A DNA stretch of 64,000 nucleotides, from the NCBI GenBank assembly GCA_963785305.1, contig CAWAUV010000008.1, positions 1,024,001 through 1,088,000 on the forward strand, given 5' to 3'. Shown here piece after piece: positions 49,607 to 61,180 of the stretch (positions are counted from its first letter, which is position 1; every line of letters starts with the position of its first letter). The notes under the pieces are model-generated. The model did not search any database. It worked only from the letters and a program-made list of their open reading frames with translations, and was not told the origin of the DNA. Source of the DNA: an uncultured Planctomycetaceae bacterium (GTDB taxonomy: Bacteria; Planctomycetota; Planctomycetia; Pirellulales; PALSA-1355). Position numbers and translations under genes: made by a program.

Positions 49607-50284
49607 GATGAAACTCCTCACGCTCAAAATGTGCCCGGGCTTTATCGCGCCCGCGAGCAAGCCGAATGTGCTCGCTGGCGAAACCCAGCTAGCAATGCTC
49701 CTGACTACTACCCGTATCGGCAACGGGATGCCTATTCTTGGCAAAATCTCCAAATCCAACAATCGTTATGGGCTCTCAAAAATAGCGCGGAATGCCAACC
49801 TTGCGAGATCGAGATGCGTGCCGGAGCCGTGGAGCGGTTTTCGGAATCGGCAGCCATTTTATGCGTGTTTCTTCTGTCTTTTTCCTTGGATGCAGCCGCC
49901 CGTGGCGCCCATTGGCGCGAAGTCCCTGGCGCCTTGCAAGTTTGCGGTGGTCAACTGATCTTGTTCGCCCGGGGCATTTTGCTAGAGTTGCCCCGCTCAT
50001 TTTCTCGTCTTTTCAGCGGTTCTCGCGGTTTTCGAACGACGACTCGAGCGCTCGACGCGCGTCGAGCGCCGCCGGGCGGCTTGGTCGGCCGGCGGGCAAC
50101 CGGCGTTTTGGTTCTCGGGATCGGGCGTCGCTGGAGTGTTCCCTACAATCGGCGCCGGCGTTGGTCGGCGACTCGTCTCCCAAGGTCCGGATTTTGCTTG
50201 AAGCACGCGGCGTGGCATTTAGAATAAAGCTAGAGAGCCAAAATGCCTGCCGCCAGCTTCCGTTTTTCGAGCGAAAGGTGGCGC

Positions 50285-50650
50285 ATGCGAATTTTCTCCG
50301 TAGTGGCGGTCGGAATCGGTTTGCTGGGAATCATGGCCTGGACAGCCTTGGCCTCGGGGCCTGTTGGAAGCGGCGGCTCGGCGCCGGGCGGGGCGACGAC
50401 TCCGGGCTGCGCCTCGCAAGCCGGCGCCGGCGGGCTCATTGCCTTGGCTTGCCAGGCGGGCGATCATCGCCAGCAACTGACAGTGGTCGATCCAAGTACG
50501 AAAGTCGTGGGCGTGTATCACATCGACACGGCCACCGGCGATATTGTCCTGAAGAGTGTGCGAAACATTCATTGGGACTTGCAAATGGTGGAATTCAACG
50601 GCGCGAGTCCTTCGCCCCGCGAGATTCGCACGCTGCTCGAGCAACGCTGA
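50285..50650 (+). CDS. Hypothetical exported protein
   Basis: N-terminal hydrophobic segment; LTVVDP...GVYHID...LKSVRNIHWDL...PSPREIR. Confidence 0.65.
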   Translation: MRIFSVVAVGIGLLGIMAWTALASGPVGSGGSAPGGATTPGCASQAGAGGLIALACQAGDHRQQLTVVDPSTKVVGVYHIDTATGDIVLKSVRNIHWDLQMVEFNGASPSPREIRTLLEQR

Positions 50651-50786
50651 ACCTCTCCCCGCCGGGCCACGGGCTCGCCGGACAAGAAGTTCGCCGAAGC
50701 TCCGGCGAGCAAGCGATCGGCGGCGAGGCGCCAAGAACGGGTCTTTGAGCAAGGCCCGGTCATTTTTTGGGGGAAGGTGAGCTGCG

Positions 50787-52178
50787 ATGGCGAAGAAGTT
50801 TCTCGACGCGGAAGAAGCCGCGAAACTGCTCGGCGTGTCGGTCGACACGCTCAACGATATGCGCGAGCACCACGAGCTCTATCCGATGCGCGACGCGGGC
50901 CAATGGAAATACAAGCAAGATGAAATCGAGCGCCTCGTGGCCGAGCGCAACGAGCGCGGCGAAAGCGACGAAGGACCGGCCCACTATTCCGACGCCGATG
51001 GCGGCGACTCGGTGCTGCTCAGCGAAGTCGAACTGGGAGCTTCCGACGCCAGCCCCTCGAGCACCGTCATCGGCAAGAACCAGGGCTCGGCCGATAGCGA
51101 TATTCGCTTGGCCGATCCCGACAAGCCGAGCAGCGATTCGGGCCTGATCGGCGCGAGCGATGTGCGGCTCGCCACCGGTTCCGAGATCGTAAAAGCCGGC
51201 TCGGGCCTGAGCGCCAAGTTCGACGAACTCGACACGCTCGACCTCGAGCTGCCGCCCCCTCCAGGCAGCAGCAAGTCGGGCAGCGGCAAGTCGGGCAGCA
51301 CCAAGCGCGGCATGGAGCGCTCGTCGGCCAGCGGCAGTGGCATTCTTTCGCTCGACGATGACGACGATATCCTGTCGCTGGCCGATGAACCTCGCGGTCC
51401 CACGGCGGGCAGTTCCTCGAAACATCGCGCCGGCAGCGACGGCTCGGCGCTTGATTTGGCCGGCGACGACGACGAGCTGGTGTTGGGCGGCAGCGGCCCG
51501 GGAAGCGACATTACCCATGCGGTGGGCGATAGCGGCATTTCGCTGGTCGATCTTTCCGACAGCGGCATCGCGCTCGACGAAGCGCCGCTCGATCTACATG
51601 GCACCAACGCCAACAAGAATTCGCTCGATCTGAGCGCCGGCGACGACGATCTGATTCTGCTCGAGGAAGACGCCGATCCGAACATCGCCACCCAGCTCAA
51701 GGCCGACGATGACTTCTTGCTCACGCCGATGGTGGAAGCCAGCGGCGAGGATTCCGACAGCGGATCGCAAGTCATTGCCCTCGATGGTGACGGCGATTTC
51801 GACGAATCGGCCCGCACCATGCTCGGCAGCGGCATGAGCATGGGCGCCGCCGGCCTGGGCGCGGGCGGCATGCTCGAAGAAGACCTGGGCGGCTTTGGCG
51901 GCGGCCTTCAGGCCGAGGGCGATCCGTTGGGCGGCCCGGGCGGCGGCATGCCGCTCGCCGCGCCCCAGCCGGCCATGATGACCATGGCCCCCCTGCAAGT
52001 CAAAGAAGCGCCGTTCTCGGGTCCCTGGGTCGCGTTTCTCGGTCTGGGCGTCGTGCTCATCATGCTCAGCGGCATGATGATGTTCGACCTGCTCAGGAAC
52101 ATGTGGAGTTGGGATGGACCCTACGCGATCAACAGTTCCTTGATGGACGGAATCATGGACGCTTTCGGAATCAAATAA
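50787..52178 (+). CDS. HTH (excisionase/MerR-like) domain protein with long acidic linker and C-terminal TM helix
   Basis: FLDAEEAAKLLGVS...MRDAGQWKYKQDEIE, about 350 aa rich in D/E/S/G, then WVAFLGLGVVLIMLSGMMMFDLLRNMWSW. Confidence 0.75.
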   Translation: MAKKFLDAEEAAKLLGVSVDTLNDMREHHELYPMRDAGQWKYKQDEIERLVAERNERGESDEGPAHYSDADGGDSVLLSEVELGASDASPSSTVIGKNQGSADSDIRLADPDKPSSDSGLIGASDVRLATGSEIVKAGSGLSAKFDELDTLDLELPPPPGSSKSGSGKSGSTKRGMERSSASGSGILSLDDDDDILSLADEPRGPTAGSSSKHRAGSDGSALDLAGDDDELVLGGSGPGSDITHAVGDSGISLVDLSDSGIALDEAPLDLHGTNANKNSLDLSAGDDDLILLEEDADPNIATQLKADDDFLLTPMVEASGEDSDSGSQVIALDGDGDFDESARTMLGSGMSMGAAGLGAGGMLEEDLGGFGGGLQAEGDPLGGPGGGMPLAAPQPAMMTMAPLQVKEAPFSGPWVAFLGLGVVLIMLSGMMMFDLLRNMWSWDGPYAINSSLMDGIMDAFGIK

Positions 52179-52250
52179 CTCGCCAGCAATCACTCGCTAG
52201 CGGCGAGCAATCTCGATCATTCACCGGACCGATTCGAAAGGAGTCGAATC

Positions 52251-53032
52251 ATGTCGATCAACTCGCGCCTGGGCGCCCTCGCGACGGCGCTGGCCCTGTT
52301 TGCCGGTTGTCAGTTCGTGCCGCAAAGCAAATATGCCGCGGTCGAGCGACAGAACCGCATGTTGCTCGAACAACAAAAGGCGCAGCTCGCCGAGATCGAG
52401 AATCTCAAGATTCACGCCCATTCGATCGAAGACCGCCTGATTCAGACCGAAGAAGACTTGGCCCGCCGCGACGATCAGCGCAGCCCGCAAACTGGCTGCC
52501 GGGGGTCACGATAGCTTTGGCGCCTTGCGCGGCTCGGCACTGCCCCGGGCTGAGCGATCGGCTCGCGGAGTTGGCCCATCGCTATCCGGGCTTTCAGTTC
52601 GATCCCCGAAGCGGCGCCTCGCGGGTCGAGACCGATGTGCTCTTCGACAGCGGCCGCGCCGATCTCAGACCCGAAACCAAGCAGATGCTCGCCGATCTGG
52701 CCGAGGTCTTTCGCTCGGACGATGCGCGCGAACTGAAGATCATGGTCGTCGGCCATACCGACTCGCAAAACATTCGCGGCCGCGAGACCCGGCAGCAGTA
52801 TCCCACGAATTGGCACCTGAGCGCTGGTCGGGCGCTCGGCGTGGCCGACTATCTCCGCTCGGCGGGCATTCCCGAGGAACGCATGGGCGTGGCCGGGTTC
52901 GGACAATTTCAGCCGGTCTCGCCCAACGACACCGCCTCGGCCCGACAGCGAAACCGCCGGGTGGAAATCTACCTGCTGGCGCCCGAGACGCCGATCGTGG
53001 GCTGGGCCGATTCGCGGTCGGTTTATCGCTGA
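52251..53032 (+). CDS. OmpA/MotB-family peptidoglycan-binding lipoprotein, frameshift near 52490
   Basis: AAGGAG RBS, lipobox FAGC and a coiled coil, then DVLFDSGRA, GHTD, NWHLSAGRA and NRRVEI. Confidence 0.82.
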
Positions 53033-53176
53033 CGTAGGTCCCGCGCTCCGCTATAATCGAGCTTGACGGATTCCATCCGTGGCAGCGATCGATCCCGCTC
53101 GGCCGCTCTTTCGCCCCGGGCATTGCGCTCGCGGCGCCCCGCCTCCCCGATCCCGCGCTTTCCGACGGTTGACCTT

Positions 53177-54069
53177 ATGCATCTCACCGCGTCTGGCGAA
53201 CAGGCCACGCCGTTTGTGTGTCGCCGCGCCGCGGCCTTCAAGTCGCGCCCAGGCGCGCTCTTGATCGCGGTCGCGCTCGCCACCATTGTCGCCGGCTGTC
53301 GACCCGATCCCGAAGTGACTAGCTATCGCATTCCGAAGCATCCGGCCGAACCGCCGGCCTTGGCCCAGCAAGACAAACCAAGCGACTCGGATATCACGGC
53401 GCCGTTTGCTCCTTTCGCGGGCGGCGCGGCGGGCAAGGGAAAAACACTCGGCCCCGACGATCCGCGGCCCGACCGCATGTTGGGCGTGATTCTCCTGCGG
53501 CCCGATCAAGGTTGGTTCTTCAAGATGCAAGGTCCGGTTTCGGCCGTTGCCCGGCGCCGAGTGACTTTGAATCGATCATCAAGTCGACGCGTTTCGAAAA
53601 CGGCGAACCTGCTTGGGACCTTCCGCCCGGTTGGCGTCAAGAACCAGGCGACGCGGTGCGTCATGCCTTCTTGCGACATGACGCCGGGGCCGAGGCCAAG
53701 GACACCGATGGGCCGCCGGCCGAAATCGCGATCACGTCGCTCGGCTTCAATGGCGATCCGCGGGACTATTTGCTCTCGAACGTCAATCGCTGGCGCGGAC
53801 AAATGCAGCTTCCCAAAGTTTCGCTCGAGGAGCTCGCCCGCTCGATTTCGTCGATCGACACCGCCAGCGGCGCCGCGGTGCTTGTCGATCTGGAAGGCAA
53901 GATCGCGGCTGGCGGCATGTCGGGCCGCGGGCCATTTGCCGGCGGCGCCCCGGAACGGCCTTTCGCCGCGCACCGCCATCCGATGATGTTCACGGCAAAC
54001 TTGCTCCGCGGCCCGTCGCCGAGAACCACGTCGCCGAGAACCATTCGCCGTCCCAGGGCGCGGCAATGA
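53177..54069 (+). CDS. Hypothetical lipoprotein, copy 1 of a repeated domain; frameshift near 53555
   Basis: Lipobox VAGC; RMLGVIL...WFFKMQGP, then WDLPPGW and NVNRWRGQMQL. Confidence 0.6.
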
Positions 54070-54755
54070 CCGGCGAGACGCCGGGGCGGCTCTTGGGCGC
54101 CATTGTCCCGCTGCGCGGCGCCGCGTGGTTTTTCAAACTGCTCGGCCCCAAAGCGGCCGTCGACCTGCATGCCGCCGAGTTCGAGGCGCTGATCGGCTCG
54201 CTCAAGTTCATCGGCGAGGAACCTCCCCAGTGGCAATTGCCCGCTGGCTGGGTTCGCGAACCGCCGCGAGGCATGCGATACGCCACGCTCAAAATCGGCG
54301 AAGCCGCGCCAAAGACGGCGCGGCCCCGACCGCCGAGCCGACGACGCCAGCCGATGCGAAGCCGGCCGCGGATTCAAAAACGGACCATGCGACGCTCGCG
54401 CTGGAGCGAACGCCGCTCGAAGTGTCGGTGATTCGCCTAGCCTACGATGGCGCGAACCGGGCCGACGAGTTAGAATACGTGCGCAAGAACGTCAACATTT
54501 GGCGAGACCAATTGCTAGCGCCGCGGATTCCGGCCGCCGAGATCGATGGCGCCGCGCAGCGCAGTGCCGGTCGAAGGCGCGGAAGCGACGCTCGTCGACA
54601 TCGAAGGACAACTCCGCGGCGATATTCCGCGAATTCCCAGCATCGCGCCGGCCGCGGGCAACGCGCCGGCGGCGCCCAACGATTCCCCCGCGAGCGAAGC
54701 TCCCGGCAAACCCGAAAATCCGAGCGCCCCGGGCGGAGGCAAGCATGGCGACTGA
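54066..54755 (+). CDS. Hypothetical protein, copy 2 of the same domain (may be the 3' half of the previous gene); frameshifted
   Basis: RLLGAIV...WFFKLLGP, WQLPAGW, MRYATL, NVNIWRDQL and TLVDIEG, over three frames. Confidence 0.55.
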
Positions 54756-57700
54756 AATCACTTCGCGCGATACGGCCGGCGGCGCGGGGAGTTTTGCCCG
54801 TCCCCAGGAATCGAGCAGGTTGGCAAGCGTCGATCGCTGGATTCGCGCGCGGCTCGCGCCGCTCGCTTCGCTACGGCTCACGGTCGTGCTGTTCGCGTTG
54901 GCCATTGGCCTGATCTTCATCGGCACTTTGGCCCAAGACGCGAAAGATGTGTGGGATGTGATGCGCGAGTACTTTCGCGCCTGGGGGGTATGGGTTCCTT
55001 TTCAAGTGTTTTTTCCGCATCGACTATTCCCCGAACATCCGACCGTGGGCGGCGGATTTCCTTATCCGGGCGGCAAGCTGATCGGCACGCTGCTGTTCGC
55101 GAACTTGGCCGCGGCGCATTGGTTGCGGTTCAAGGTCCAAGCGAGCGGCGCCCGGCTCGCGATCGGGCTGGCGACCATCGCCTTTGGCGCGGTGCTCACT
55201 TGGGCGGTGATTCTGCACGGATCGGGCAAGGAAGACCCCGATCAGCCGCCGCTCGTCGCCTGGACGCAGCTATGGTGGATGATGAAGATCGGCGTCGCCG
55301 CGCTCTGGGCCCTCATGGGCTATGGCCTGCTGCGATTGCCGCCCGAGCGGCGTTTCGAGCGCCAGACGCTCACTTTGACTTCAATCGCCATGGCGGTGCT
55401 GGTCGGCTGGCTTTGGTATTCCAACGATTCGGCAATGCTCGGCGATTCCTCGCTGCGGATTTTGTGGCAACTCATCGAAGGCGCGCTGGCCGGGGTGGTG
55501 CTGCTGGCCGGCTGCTGGCTGGTGTTCAACAAACGGGCCGGCATCGTGCTCTTGCATGCCGGCGTGGGCCTGATGATGGCCAACGAAATCATCGTCTCGA
55601 CCTCGCATCGCGAGGGAACCATTCAGCTTGTCGAAGGTGAAACTCGCGACTATGTGGAAGACGGCCGCGCGGTCGAGCTCGCCGTCGTCGATGCTTCGGC
55701 CCCCGACGAGGACAAGGTGACCGCGGTGTCGGGCCAAGCGCTGCACGCGCCCCGAGGGCAAGATCAAGAGCGCGGAGTTGCCGTTCGATATTCAAGTCAT
55801 GTCGTTTCTCCAGAATTCGGCGCTCCGCGATGTGCGGCCCGACGACAAAAACCCGGCCACGACCGGCGCCGGAACACGGCTGTTTGCCGAGGCGAAACGC
55901 GCGGCCGCCGGGGCCGATTCCGACAGCAAAGTCAATCTCGCCTCGGTCTACGTCAAGCTCCTCGACAAGCGAGATGGCCACTCGCTGGGCGAATATCTCT
56001 TCAACCAAGAGCTCAAGCCGCAAACCGTGCGGGTCGACGGCAAGAAGTACGATGTCGAACTGCGATTCAAACGCGAGTACGAGCCCTATGCCGTGCATCT
56101 CGACAATGTGACCATGACGCCCTACGAAGGCACCACGATTCCGCACGATTATCGCTCGGAAGTGCGGCTTGTCGACGAAGACACGGGCCTCGTGCATTCG
56201 TTCGCCATTTGGATGAATCATCCGGTGCGCTACCACGGCGAGACCTTCTACCAAAGCGGCTATGACGCCAGCAGCGGCAAGGAAGTCACGGTGCTCTCGG
56301 TGGTGAGCAACGCCGGCTGGATGACGCCCTATGTGGCCTGCATGCTGGTGGTGGTGGGCATGGTGGCTCATTTCTCGCTTCTGCTGGGGCGGTTTCTCGA
56401 CAGTCGGGCCGCGAAGCCCGCGGTCGCTCCCGCGACAAGCCATCGTGAACTGGCCGGCTGGGCGCTGCCGATCGCGGTCGTGGCGATCATGGCTTGCTGG
56501 GTGACTGTCAAAGCCCGTGTTCCGCCGCTAGCCGCTGGGGCCATGAATCTCGACCGCTTCGGATGCCTGCCGGCCAAATACGAAGGCCGGGTCAAGCCGC
56601 TCGAAACCCTGGCGCGCAACACGCTCCGGCTGATCTCCGGCCGCGAGACTTATCTCGCCACGGACGAGAGCGCGGCGCCGAAAGACTCGCCAGGCAAAGA
56701 CGACTCGTTGCCCAAAACCACGCAGCCCGCGATCCGCTGGTTGCTCGATGTGGTCAGCCACGCGCCGACGCCCGACGGAAAGAGCGATCGCGCGCTCGAC
56801 GATCGCGTGTTTCGCATCGACCATCCCGAAACGCTCGCGCTCTTGGGCCTCGAAGAGCGGCCCGAGCGGCTCTATGCGATCGCCGAGTTTCGCGACAAGA
56901 TTCCGGAGCTTGGCAAGGAGCTGGACCAGATCGAAAAACTTCCTCCCGAGCGACTCACGCCGCATCGGCAGCAGCTCCGCGACCTGGGCAAGAAACTGCG
57001 GCTGTATCAAACGATCGTGACCGCGTTCGACGAACCGTCGCTCGGCGAGTTGCGTTCGCCCGACGCCATGATGGCCGCCCTCGGCAGGATCGAGGAGATC
57101 AACAAATCGCTACCGCCCTTGGCCGTGCCGCCCTCGGCTTCGGGCGATGCTTGGCAACCGCTCTTCACGAGTCTCTTGCACAACGAAGTGGTACAGCTCG
57201 GCGGCTTCCGCGCGAACGACGCCAACCCAGCCGCCCAGTTTCTTAAGACGTTGTTCCGGGATTTCCATGGCCACCAGATCAATCCGGCGGCGAACTATCT
57301 GGCCGCGATCCTCGCCGCTTATCGCGACCGCGACGCCGCGGCGTTTGACGCTCGGCTGGGCAATTACGAAAGCTGGCTCGCCTCGGAAAAGCCGGCCGAC
57401 TTTCATCCGTTTGCCCTCGAATTCGAGTGGTTTTTCGATCGCTTCGCGCCCTTTTACGACGCGGCGGTGTTGTATCTCATGGCCTTCGGCATCGCCGTGG
57501 CGGCTTGGCTCGGCTGGTCGCGCCCGCTGGGACTGCGCCGCGGTCGGACTGATTCTCCTGGCGCTTGTGGTGCATACCTTCGCGCTCTGCGCTCGCATCT
57601 ATATTTCGGGCCGGCCGCCGGTGACGAATCTCTATAGTTCGGCGGTGTTCATTGGCTGGGTGGTCGTGCTGCTGGGCTTGGGGTTCGAATATGTCTACCG

Positions 57701-58355
57701 GTTGGGTATTGGAACCGTGGTCGCCTCGATCGCCGGCTTCAGCGCGCTCTTGATCGCCCACATGCTGGCCGATGGCGACACGTTTACCGTGTTGCAAGCG
57801 GTGCTCGACACGAACTTCTGGCTGGCGACCCATGTGGTGTGCATTTCCTGCGGCTACGCCACCACCTTGCTCGCCGGGCTGTTTGGTCTGATTTATGTGC
57901 TCCGGGGATTGCTCACGCGATCGCTCGACACCGCGGTGGCGAAGGACCTTTCGCGCATGATCTACGGCACGCTCTGCTTCGCGATTCTGTTCAGCTTTTT
58001 CGGCACCGTGCTCGGTGGGCTCTGGGCCGACGATTCCTGGGGCCGCTTCTGGGGTTGGGACCCGAAGGAAAACGGGGCCCTGATTATCGTGCTCTGGAAC
58101 GCGCTGGTGCTGCATGCCCGCTGGGGCGGACTCGTCAAGCAGCGGGGACTGGCCGCGCTGGCCATCGGCGGCAATATCGTGACGGCTTGGAGTTGGTTCG
58201 GCGTGAATCAGCTCGGCGTGGGTCTGCATTCCTACGGTTTTACCCAAGGCGTGCTGGTGGCGCTGGGTGTGTTCGTGGCGACCCAACTCGCGATCATCGC
58301 GCTCGCCAGCCTGCCGCTCCGCTACTGGCTTAGCTTCCGCCCGGCGGCAAGATAG
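54745..58355 (+). CDS. ccsA: System II cytochrome c maturation protein, CcsB(ResB)-CcsA(ResC) fusion; frameshifts near 55755 and 57532
   Basis: PLASLRLTV, GIVLLHAG, IWMNHPVRYHGETFYQSGY, GRVKP, RPPVTNLYSS, LDTNFWLATHV, WADDSWGRFWGWDPKE (WWD domain) and GLHSY. Confidence 0.9.
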
Positions 58356-58388
58356 TCGACGACCGCAGGAGGACGAGGGAGTAGGAGT

Positions 58389-58474
58389 GGCCACGGAAAG
58401 ACACGGAACAACACGGAAGATCGGCTTTGTCCGATTCCGTGCGATTCCGTGCGCTTCCGTGTCCTTCCGTGGCC
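58389..58474. repeat. Palindromic repeat with 10-bp periodic arms (3x CACGGAA / 4x TTCCGTG)
   Basis: GGCCACGGAAAGACACGGAACAACACGGAA ... TTCCGTGCGATTCCGTGCGCTTCCGTGTCCTTCCGTGGCC, between convergent genes. Confidence 0.85.
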
Positions 58475-58523
58475 GCTCTTCCCGTTGCCCGCCAATGCGA
58501 ATCGCGGCTCGCGTCGGTCTCGC

Positions 58524-59834
58524 TTAGCGCAGCGTCGCCCCCGGGCGGCGGAGTTTGATGCGGGCTTGGGGTTCGGCGCGGTCGGCTTCCGGCGGGGCGA
58601 GCGAGGGGATCGGCAAGATCGCCGACAGGGCGCTGCTTTCGCGCGTGGCGGGCGCTTGCACTTCGCTTTGCGGCACGAGCGCGCGCACCAGATTCACCAC
58701 CGGCTGCGAAGCGCGCTTCGGCTCGAGCATCAGGGCGACTTCGCTGTCTTGTAGCACCACGCCCGCCCCGGCGGGGCACTGGCCGCGGAGCGCGAGTCCA
58801 TGCTCGTCGATCACAAACGCCAGGGCCAAGCGTTCATAAGGCGCCGAGCGGCCGAGCGTCTTGATCTCGGCGCCCGGCTCGAAGCCGAGCACCTCGCTCG
58901 CCGCCTTGAGCAACGAGCGGCCCGCGAGCCCGGGGCCCGCCACGACCGAGCCGCTGGCCTGCTCGATGCGATCGGCCTGGAATCGCACATGTTCGAGGTC
59001 GATCCGCGCATGGCCACTGAGCTTGTGGGGAAACTGCGAGGTGAGGAGCTCATCGAGATCGACATCGTGCAATTGCCCGGCGAGCTCGCCTTCCCAGCCC
59101 GAGGCCGGATGCACGGCGCGCAGCGAACCACAAAACCGGGCGTCGCGACCCAGATGCGCGGCTGGCGGCCAAGCCGCCGCGAGCAGGCCGCCATTGAGGG
59201 CGGCGCTGCCCGTGTGAATTTCGAGGCCGGCCGTGGCGGGCGTCGTCTGGCGGCTGCGAAAGACCGACAGCGTGGCCGGCTCGGGCATCTCGTAACCGGC
59301 CATGCGGAAACTGAAACCGATCTGGCTGCCGGCGTCGCTCGACTCGGTTTGGCAGCGAAGGTCGGTAAATGTCTGATCGCCCGCCGGCATGTGCATGGTG
59401 ACTTCGCCGGCGGCGATGCGAAGCTTTGCGTTCGCACCGCCACGGCGACGCAGCTCACGCTGAGCGAGCGACCACCACTCGGACCAATCGCCGGCGAACA
59501 CTTCGAGCTGGGCCGGCGAGACGGTCGTGGCGCCGCTCGCGGTGTCGATCTCGACCAGCCGCGCTCGGGCAAGTCGGGCGCCGGTTTCCGGATCGGCCAG
59601 CTCCACGCGATCGAGCAAAGTGAGGCCCGGCCGCGGATACCGCACATCGCCGATCGTCACCGCCAGGCCCAGGCGGTCGCTTGCCGCGGCGGCCACGAGC
59701 GCCCGATATTCGGGCCGGCGCAACCAGTAGGCCCAACCAAGAGCGCGAGCGCCGGCAAGAGGGCGAGACAAAGAAAGCCGCGCTGCGCCAAACGGCGGCG
59801 CGTGGTTTCGTGCAGCATGAACATCCGTGTTCAC
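58524..59834 (-). CDS. Hypothetical protein (possibly AsmA-like beta-rich envelope protein)
   Basis: Long ORF with genome-like codon use directly downstream of aroC; the N-terminus is probably frameshifted. Confidence 0.55.
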   Translation of the reverse strand: MNTDVHAARNHAPPFGAARLSLSRPLAGARALGWAYWLRRPEYRALVAAAASDRLGLAVTIGDVRYPRPGLTLLDRVELADPETGARLARARLVEIDTASGATTVSPAQLEVFAGDWSEWWSLAQRELRRRGGANAKLRIAAGEVTMHMPAGDQTFTDLRCQTESSDAGSQIGFSFRMAGYEMPEPATLSVFRSRQTTPATAGLEIHTGSAALNGGLLAAAWPPAAHLGRDARFCGSLRAVHPASGWEGELAGQLHDVDLDELLTSQFPHKLSGHARIDLEHVRFQADRIEQASGSVVAGPGLAGRSLLKAASEVLGFEPGAEIKTLGRSAPYERLALAFVIDEHGLALRGQCPAGAGVVLQDSEVALMLEPKRASQPVVNLVRALVPQSEVQAPATRESSALSAILPIPSLAPPEADRAEPQARIKLRRPGATLR

Positions 59835-59869
59835 TCCGCGAGGTTTTTGAGTGGGCTCTGGATCGGCTC

Positions 59870-61011
59870 TCAGCGGGCCCGGGCCATTTCGTGAAACAGT
59901 TTCCAGCGGGCCGACATTTCCGCGAGGCTATCGCCCCCAAACTTATCGACGAGCGCCGCGGCGACTTCGAACGCGACGACATTTTCCAAGATCACGCTCG
60001 CCGCCGGCACGGCGCACACATCGCTGCGCTCGTAGCTGGCGCGTTCTGGCTGCTTCGTGTCGAGATTCACCGAGTCGAGCGGCTTGCGCAGGGTGCTGAT
60101 CGGCTTCTTGGCGGCTCGAATGACGAGCGGCTGGCCATTGGTCATGCCGGCTTCGAGGCCGCCGGCGTTGTTCGTTGGCCGCGAGTAGCCGAGCGATGGC
60201 GTGTCGCGCTCCGAGGGCTGGAACACGATCGGATCATGCACTTGCGAGCCGACTCGCCGGGCCGCTTCGAATCCCAGACCGATCTCCACTCCCTTGATCG
60301 CCTGCACCGCCATCACGGCCTGGGCCAAGCGGCCATCGAGCTTGCGATCCCATTGGGCATGCGTGCCGAGTCCAAACGGCAGACCCTCGACGCGCACTTC
60401 GATCACGCCGCCGAGCGTGTCGCCATCCTTGCCCACGGCGTCGATCCGCTGTTTGATCTTTTCTTCCACTTCGGGTTCGAGCGCATAGAGCTCGCTGGCG
60501 TCGCGCAGGGCGCTGTTGTTCGGCCAGCGTGCCGGGTCGAGGCGGGATCGGCTGGCCGCCGAGTTCCACGACATAGCCAAACGCCTCGATGCCGAACTGA
60601 ACGAGCAGTTGTTTCGCCAAGGCGCCGGCCGCCACGCGCACCGTGGTCTCGCGAGCGCTGGCCGCGCTCGAGCACTCCGCGCACCGAACCGAGATATTTG
60701 ATCGCGCCGGTCAGGTCGCCGTGGCCGGGCCGGGGCCGCGGCAGGTCTTCCATGCGCTCGAGCTTGTAATCCTTGTTGACCACCTGGAGCGCGATTGGAC
60801 TGCCGAGGGTGGTGTTTCGCCACACGCCGCCGAGCACGTCGACGGTGTCGGTCTCGATGCGCTGACGACCGCCGCGACCATAGCCGCCTTGGCGACGACG
60901 CAGTTCGACATCGATCGCGGCGGTGTCGATCGGCACGCCGGCCGGAAAACCGTCGACCAGCGCCACCAAAGCTTTGCCGTGCGATTCGCCGGCGGTCCAA
61001 TAACGCAACAT
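59870..61011 (-). CDS. aroC: Chorismate synthase (frameshifts near 60655 and 60510)
   Basis: [59 protein letters not shown] and ERSDVCAVP. Confidence 0.95.
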
Positions 61012-61180
61012 GGAATGCGGATTCGCGAGTCGGGGGAAGAACGAAAAAACTCAAGGCCCGGTAAGCGTTTACCGCTGGATTCTACCCGCGATAAAAGACG
61101 CGGAATAGGGCGGTTTTTCGCCGCTCGGCGGAGCGATTGGGCAAGCGACGCCGGCGCGACGATCGACTTGCCCGATACCT

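Noticed and set aside
50787..50950. Prophage excisionase marking an integrated element
   Set aside because: The HTH is the N-terminus of a 463-aa membrane-anchored protein; no integrase, att site or phage genes nearby.
58389..58474. CRISPR-like array
   Set aside because: Units are 7 bp with 3-nt spacers in inverted arms; no 25-45 bp repeats with unique spacers and no cas genes.
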